From the NCBI GenBank assembly GCA_902566955.1, contig CACFKX010000002.1, forward strand, positions 15,706 to 79,705: a DNA stretch of 64,000 nt. The letters run 5' to 3'. Made by a program: the position numbers and the translations under genes. Position 1 is the stretch's first letter; each line of letters opens with the position of its first letter. Source of the stretch: an uncultured SAR86 cluster bacterium (GTDB lineage Bacteria; Pseudomonadota; Gammaproteobacteria; Magnimaribacterales; AG-339-G14). This document shows positions 61,385 to 64,000 of this stretch, in pieces. The notes beneath the pieces were generated by a model. The model did not search any database and had not been told where the DNA came from. It worked only from the letters and a program-made list of their open reading frames with translations.

Positions 61385-62239
61385 ATGTTCACTCATCAGC
61401 CAGTAATGATCAACGAAACTATTAAAAATTTAGTTCATGATCCTGCCGGCACTTATTTAGATTGTACTTTTGGCTTAGGGGGACATTCAAAAAAGATTTT
61501 AGAAAACCTTAACGATGATGGCCGATTAATCGCAATAGACAGAGACAAAGAAACTGTCTCGTATTCACAAGAAATAAAAGACAAAAGATTTCATTTTAAA
61601 AATCTAAATTTTTCAAAAATTGAAAGCTTAGATACAAGACTAGATGGTATCTTTTTTGATCTAGGAAATTCTTCCATGCAACTAGATGATCCAGAAAGAG
61701 GATTTAGCTTTCAAAAGGACGGCCCTCTTGATATGAGAATGAATAAAGAAGAGGAAATCACAGCAGAGCAATGGATAAATACTGCAACAGAGAAAGAAAT
61801 AAGTGATGTTCTATTTCATTTAGGTGAGGAGCGAAAATCTAGGTTTTATGCCAGGAAAATTGTTGAATCAAGAAAAAAGACCAAGTTTAAAAGCACAGCA
61901 CAGCTTTCTTTATTTATTGAGAAATATAGCAGTTCACAAAAACGGCATCCAGCAACTAATGTATTCAGAGCAATAAGGATGCATATAAATAATGAAATTG
62001 AAGAGATGATAAATGGATTTAAATCAGCAGCTTGCCTACTCAAGCAAAATGGAAAATTAATCATCATAAGCTTTCATTCCATAGAAGACAGAATAGCTAA
62101 AAACTTTCTTAGATCAGAAGAAGCAAAAAATCTTAATCTAAAAAAGCAAGGAAAGCCTATTAAGCCAACAATTAATGAAATTAAGTCTAATCCGAGATCA
62201 AGGAGCGCAATAATGAGAATTGCGATAAAAAATGTTTAA
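61385..62239 (+). CDS. rsmH: 16S rRNA m4C1402 methyltransferase
   Basis: 284 aa. HQPVM, YLDCTFGLGGHS, DLGNSSMQLD, RGFSF and ISFHSIEDR. Confidence 0.95.
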   Translation: MFTHQPVMINETIKNLVHDPAGTYLDCTFGLGGHSKKILENLNDDGRLIAIDRDKETVSYSQEIKDKRFHFKNLNFSKIESLDTRLDGIFFDLGNSSMQLDDPERGFSFQKDGPLDMRMNKEEEITAEQWINTATEKEISDVLFHLGEERKSRFYARKIVESRKKTKFKSTAQLSLFIEKYSSSQKRHPATNVFRAIRMHINNEIEEMINGFKSAACLLKQNGKLIIISFHSIEDRIAKNFLRSEEAKNLNLKKQGKPIKPTINEIKSNPRSRSAIMRIAIKNV

Positions 62240-62510
62240 TCAAATGATATTGATATTTATCTTAGGATCTCTGATTGCTACTTTTTTTAGTTCTTACTTA
62301 GTGTTGAATAAGAATGCTAGTTACAAGCAATTAGTCTCAGAAAAGTATCTTTTAAACGACTATAAGTCAAAACTAGATGAGGAATCAGTTTATCTCAAGA
62401 ATAAGATATTAAATCTAACTTCTCACAATTCAGTAAAAGAAAAAACGGTTGATGAATATGGAATGATTTTGCCTGAATCCGTTGTTTTGATTCGAGGAGC
62501 AGAAAAGTGA
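62232..62510 (+). CDS. ftsL: Cell-division protein FtsL
   Basis: 92 aa with a single N-terminal TM followed by a coiled-coil-like segment. The canonical position is after rsmH. The call rests on position and topology. Confidence 0.7.
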   Translation: MFNQMILIFILGSLIATFFSSYLVLNKNASYKQLVSEKYLLNDYKSKLDEESVYLKNKILNLTSHNSVKEKTVDEYGMILPESVVLIRGAEK

Positions 62511-63058
62511 AATTCTTAACTTTCATTGTAATGATATTTTCTTCAATCTTTGTTTTATCCGAAGTTTTTGAAGATCCAAAACCTTTATTTTCAAAAGATA
62601 ATCCTAACTTTGTTGAATCATCTAAGGAAGTCAATTCTTGGCCAATGAAAAGATTGCACGTGAAAGAATTTCAACCGCTTGTTTTTTGGGGAAAAGACCA
62701 GATACTGACCCAATCTGGTCGCCTCCTCAAATTTAAAACCAAAGAAAATTTGAAGTTAGTCAATATTGAAGCAAACAGAAATAATATTGACTTTGTCTTA
62801 AGGTATTTTTTTGAGCTCAATCAAATTTTGAAAGGGTCTAACTTGGTTCTTAATAGAATTCTAATTGAGGATTTTGATTTAATGACCTTAGAGGATAATT
62901 CTGGCTTAAGGTTTCACATGAATAAATCAAAAATAGAAAATCAATTAGAAAACCTTAAAACATTTCTCAAGAGCGAATACTTTAACAACATAAAAGATAC
63001 CTTTTCATATTTAGATTTAAGGTATCAAAACAAAGGAGCAATTGGGTTTAGAGATTAA
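62507..63058 (+). CDS. ftsQ: Cell-division protein FtsQ, shortened (183 aa)
   Basis: N-terminal TM. WPMKRLHVKEFQPLVFW parallels E. coli WPDELKIHLVEYVPIARW, and YLDLRYQNKGAIGF parallels YVDLRYDSGAAVGW. The GTG start overlaps the ftsL TGA, and it lies immediately upstream of ftsA. Confidence 0.65.
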   Translation: MKFLTFIVMIFSSIFVLSEVFEDPKPLFSKDNPNFVESSKEVNSWPMKRLHVKEFQPLVFWGKDQILTQSGRLLKFKTKENLKLVNIEANRNNIDFVLRYFFELNQILKGSNLVLNRILIEDFDLMTLEDNSGLRFHMNKSKIENQLENLKTFLKSEYFNNIKDTFSYLDLRYQNKGAIGFRD

Positions 63059-63059
63059 T

Positions 63060-64000
63060 ATGGCCAGCAACGGATCAAATAACATCAGAGTAGGTATTGA
63101 CATAGGCACCTCGAAAGTCGTGTGTCTAATCGCCGAATATGTTGATCACGAATTACGAGTTATCGGCTTAGGAAGCCAAACTTCCCAAGGTTTAAAAAAC
63201 GGTGTGATTGTTGATATTGAATCAACTGTATCCGCAATAGAATCTGCTGTAAATGATGCAGAATTGATGTCCGGTAAACAAGTTACTTCAGCTTTTGTAG
63301 GTATAAGTGGAGGTCATATTAATGGTTTAAATTCTGAAGGTGTTGTAGGAATTAAAGATAAAAAAGTCAAAGTTAGTGATGTTGATAGAGTCATCACTGC
63401 CGCACAAGCATATGCTATTCCAGATGACTCTCAATTGCTTCATGTGCTGCCAAGAGACTATATTATTGATCAACAAAATGGTATTAAAGAACCTCTTGGA
63501 ATGGCTGGTGTCAGACTGGAGACCAAAGTTCATCTTGTCACCTGTAACAGGAACTCTGCTCAAAACATATCCTCCTGCATGAAAGCTTGTGGTATTACTG
63601 TTGAAGGATTTGTTTTGGAGCAACTAGCGTCAAGTTACTCCGTCCTATCAGAAGATGAAAAAGAGTTGGGAACGTGTTTAATTGACATGGGCGGCGGAAC
63701 TTCAGACGTTGCAGTTTTTCAAAATGGAGCAATAAGTCATACTGCTAATATTCCAACTTCAGGCGATCATATTACTAAAGACATCGCTAGAGCACTTCAA
63801 ACTCCAAGTATGCAAGCAGAAGAACTTAAGAAGAAGTATGGCTGTGCTTCAAGCTCGATAATTCATGAGAATGAAACAATTGAGGTTCCAGGTATGGCAG
63901 GAAGAAAAAATAAAATTTTCTCAAGAATGGCCCTAGCCAGTGTAATAGAGCAAAGGTATTTGGATATTTTTGGCTTAATAAAACAAAAACTTAACTTATC
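63060..64000 (+). CDS. ftsA: Cell-division protein FtsA, 5' ~313 codons (continues beyond window end)
   Basis: Not in the ORF track because it has no stop in the window. My translation is MASNGSNNIRVGIDIGTSKVVCLIAE...GIKEPLGMAGVRLETKVHLVT...LIDMGGGTSDVAVF, which carries actin-fold FtsA motifs. The frame was checked against track coordinates. Confidence 0.93.
   Translation, partial: MASNGSNNIRVGIDIGTSKVVCLIAEYVDHELRVIGLGSQTSQGLKNGVIVDIESTVSAIESAVNDAELMSGKQVTSAFVGISGGHINGLNSEGVVGIKDKKVKVSDVDRVITAAQAYAIPDDSQLLHVLPRDYIIDQQNGIKEPLGMAGVRLETKVHLVTCNRNSAQNISSCMKACGITVEGFVLEQLASSYSVLSEDEKELGTCLIDMGGGTSDVAVFQNGAISHTANIPTSGDHITKDIARALQTPSMQAEELKKKYGCASSSIIHENETIEVPGMAGRKNKIFSRMALASVIEQRYLDIFGLIKQKLNL

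Overview
This is an AT-rich (roughly one-third G+C by eye, not computed), extremely gene-dense core-chromosome segment of a streamlined gammaproteobacterium. A marine SAR86-like lineage is only a guess. Gene order follows the Pseudomonas/E. coli housekeeping blocks almost gene for gene. The blocks are: valS-holC-pepA / lptFG; dapD-dapC-map; carAB-greA-rlmE-ftsH-folP-glmM-tpiA-secG-tRNA-Leu-tRNA-fMet-rimP-nusA-infB-rbfA-truB-rpsO-pnp; ychF-pth-rplY-prs-tRNA-Gln-ispE-lolB / prfA-prmC-moeB; gatCAB / mreBCD; lptB-lptC-kdsD / mlaC-murA-hisGD; rplM-rpsI-petABC-sspA; lpoA / rsmI-rnpB-mraZ-rsmH-ftsL-ftsQ-ftsA. I call about 70 CDS, 4 tRNAs, RNase P RNA and a few promoter, attenuator and operator candidates. 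I corrected several ORF-track starts that were N-terminally over-extended, and added three features missing from the track: valS, ftsA and a 53-codon ORF. I see no CRISPR array, transposase or integrase, phage genes, toxin-antitoxin pair or recognisable defence island. My honest reading is that this is conserved housekeeping DNA, not an accessory region, and I cannot point to a convincing novel multi-gene system. Seven things deserve a second look. (1) A compact, apparently cytoplasmic GH84 (O-GlcNAcase-like) gene is the only clearly non-syntenic insert, together with an acyl-CoA ligase and a MaoC hydratase. (2) The dcw cluster is collapsed: ftsL runs directly into a shortened ftsQ, with the nine genes ftsI through ddl absent. 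(3) Five 10-bp-phased GTGT repeats over the mraZ promoter look like a MraZ operator. (4) A terminator-type attenuator with an 8-codon uORF lies immediately upstream of carAB. (5) There is a PDZ-less DegS/AlgW-type protease. (6) The lpt/mla neighbourhood is reduced: one LptC/LptA-like gene, no kdsC, no rpoN, and an orphan mlaC. (7) Pervasive start/stop and convergent stop/stop overlaps leave no room for terminators.
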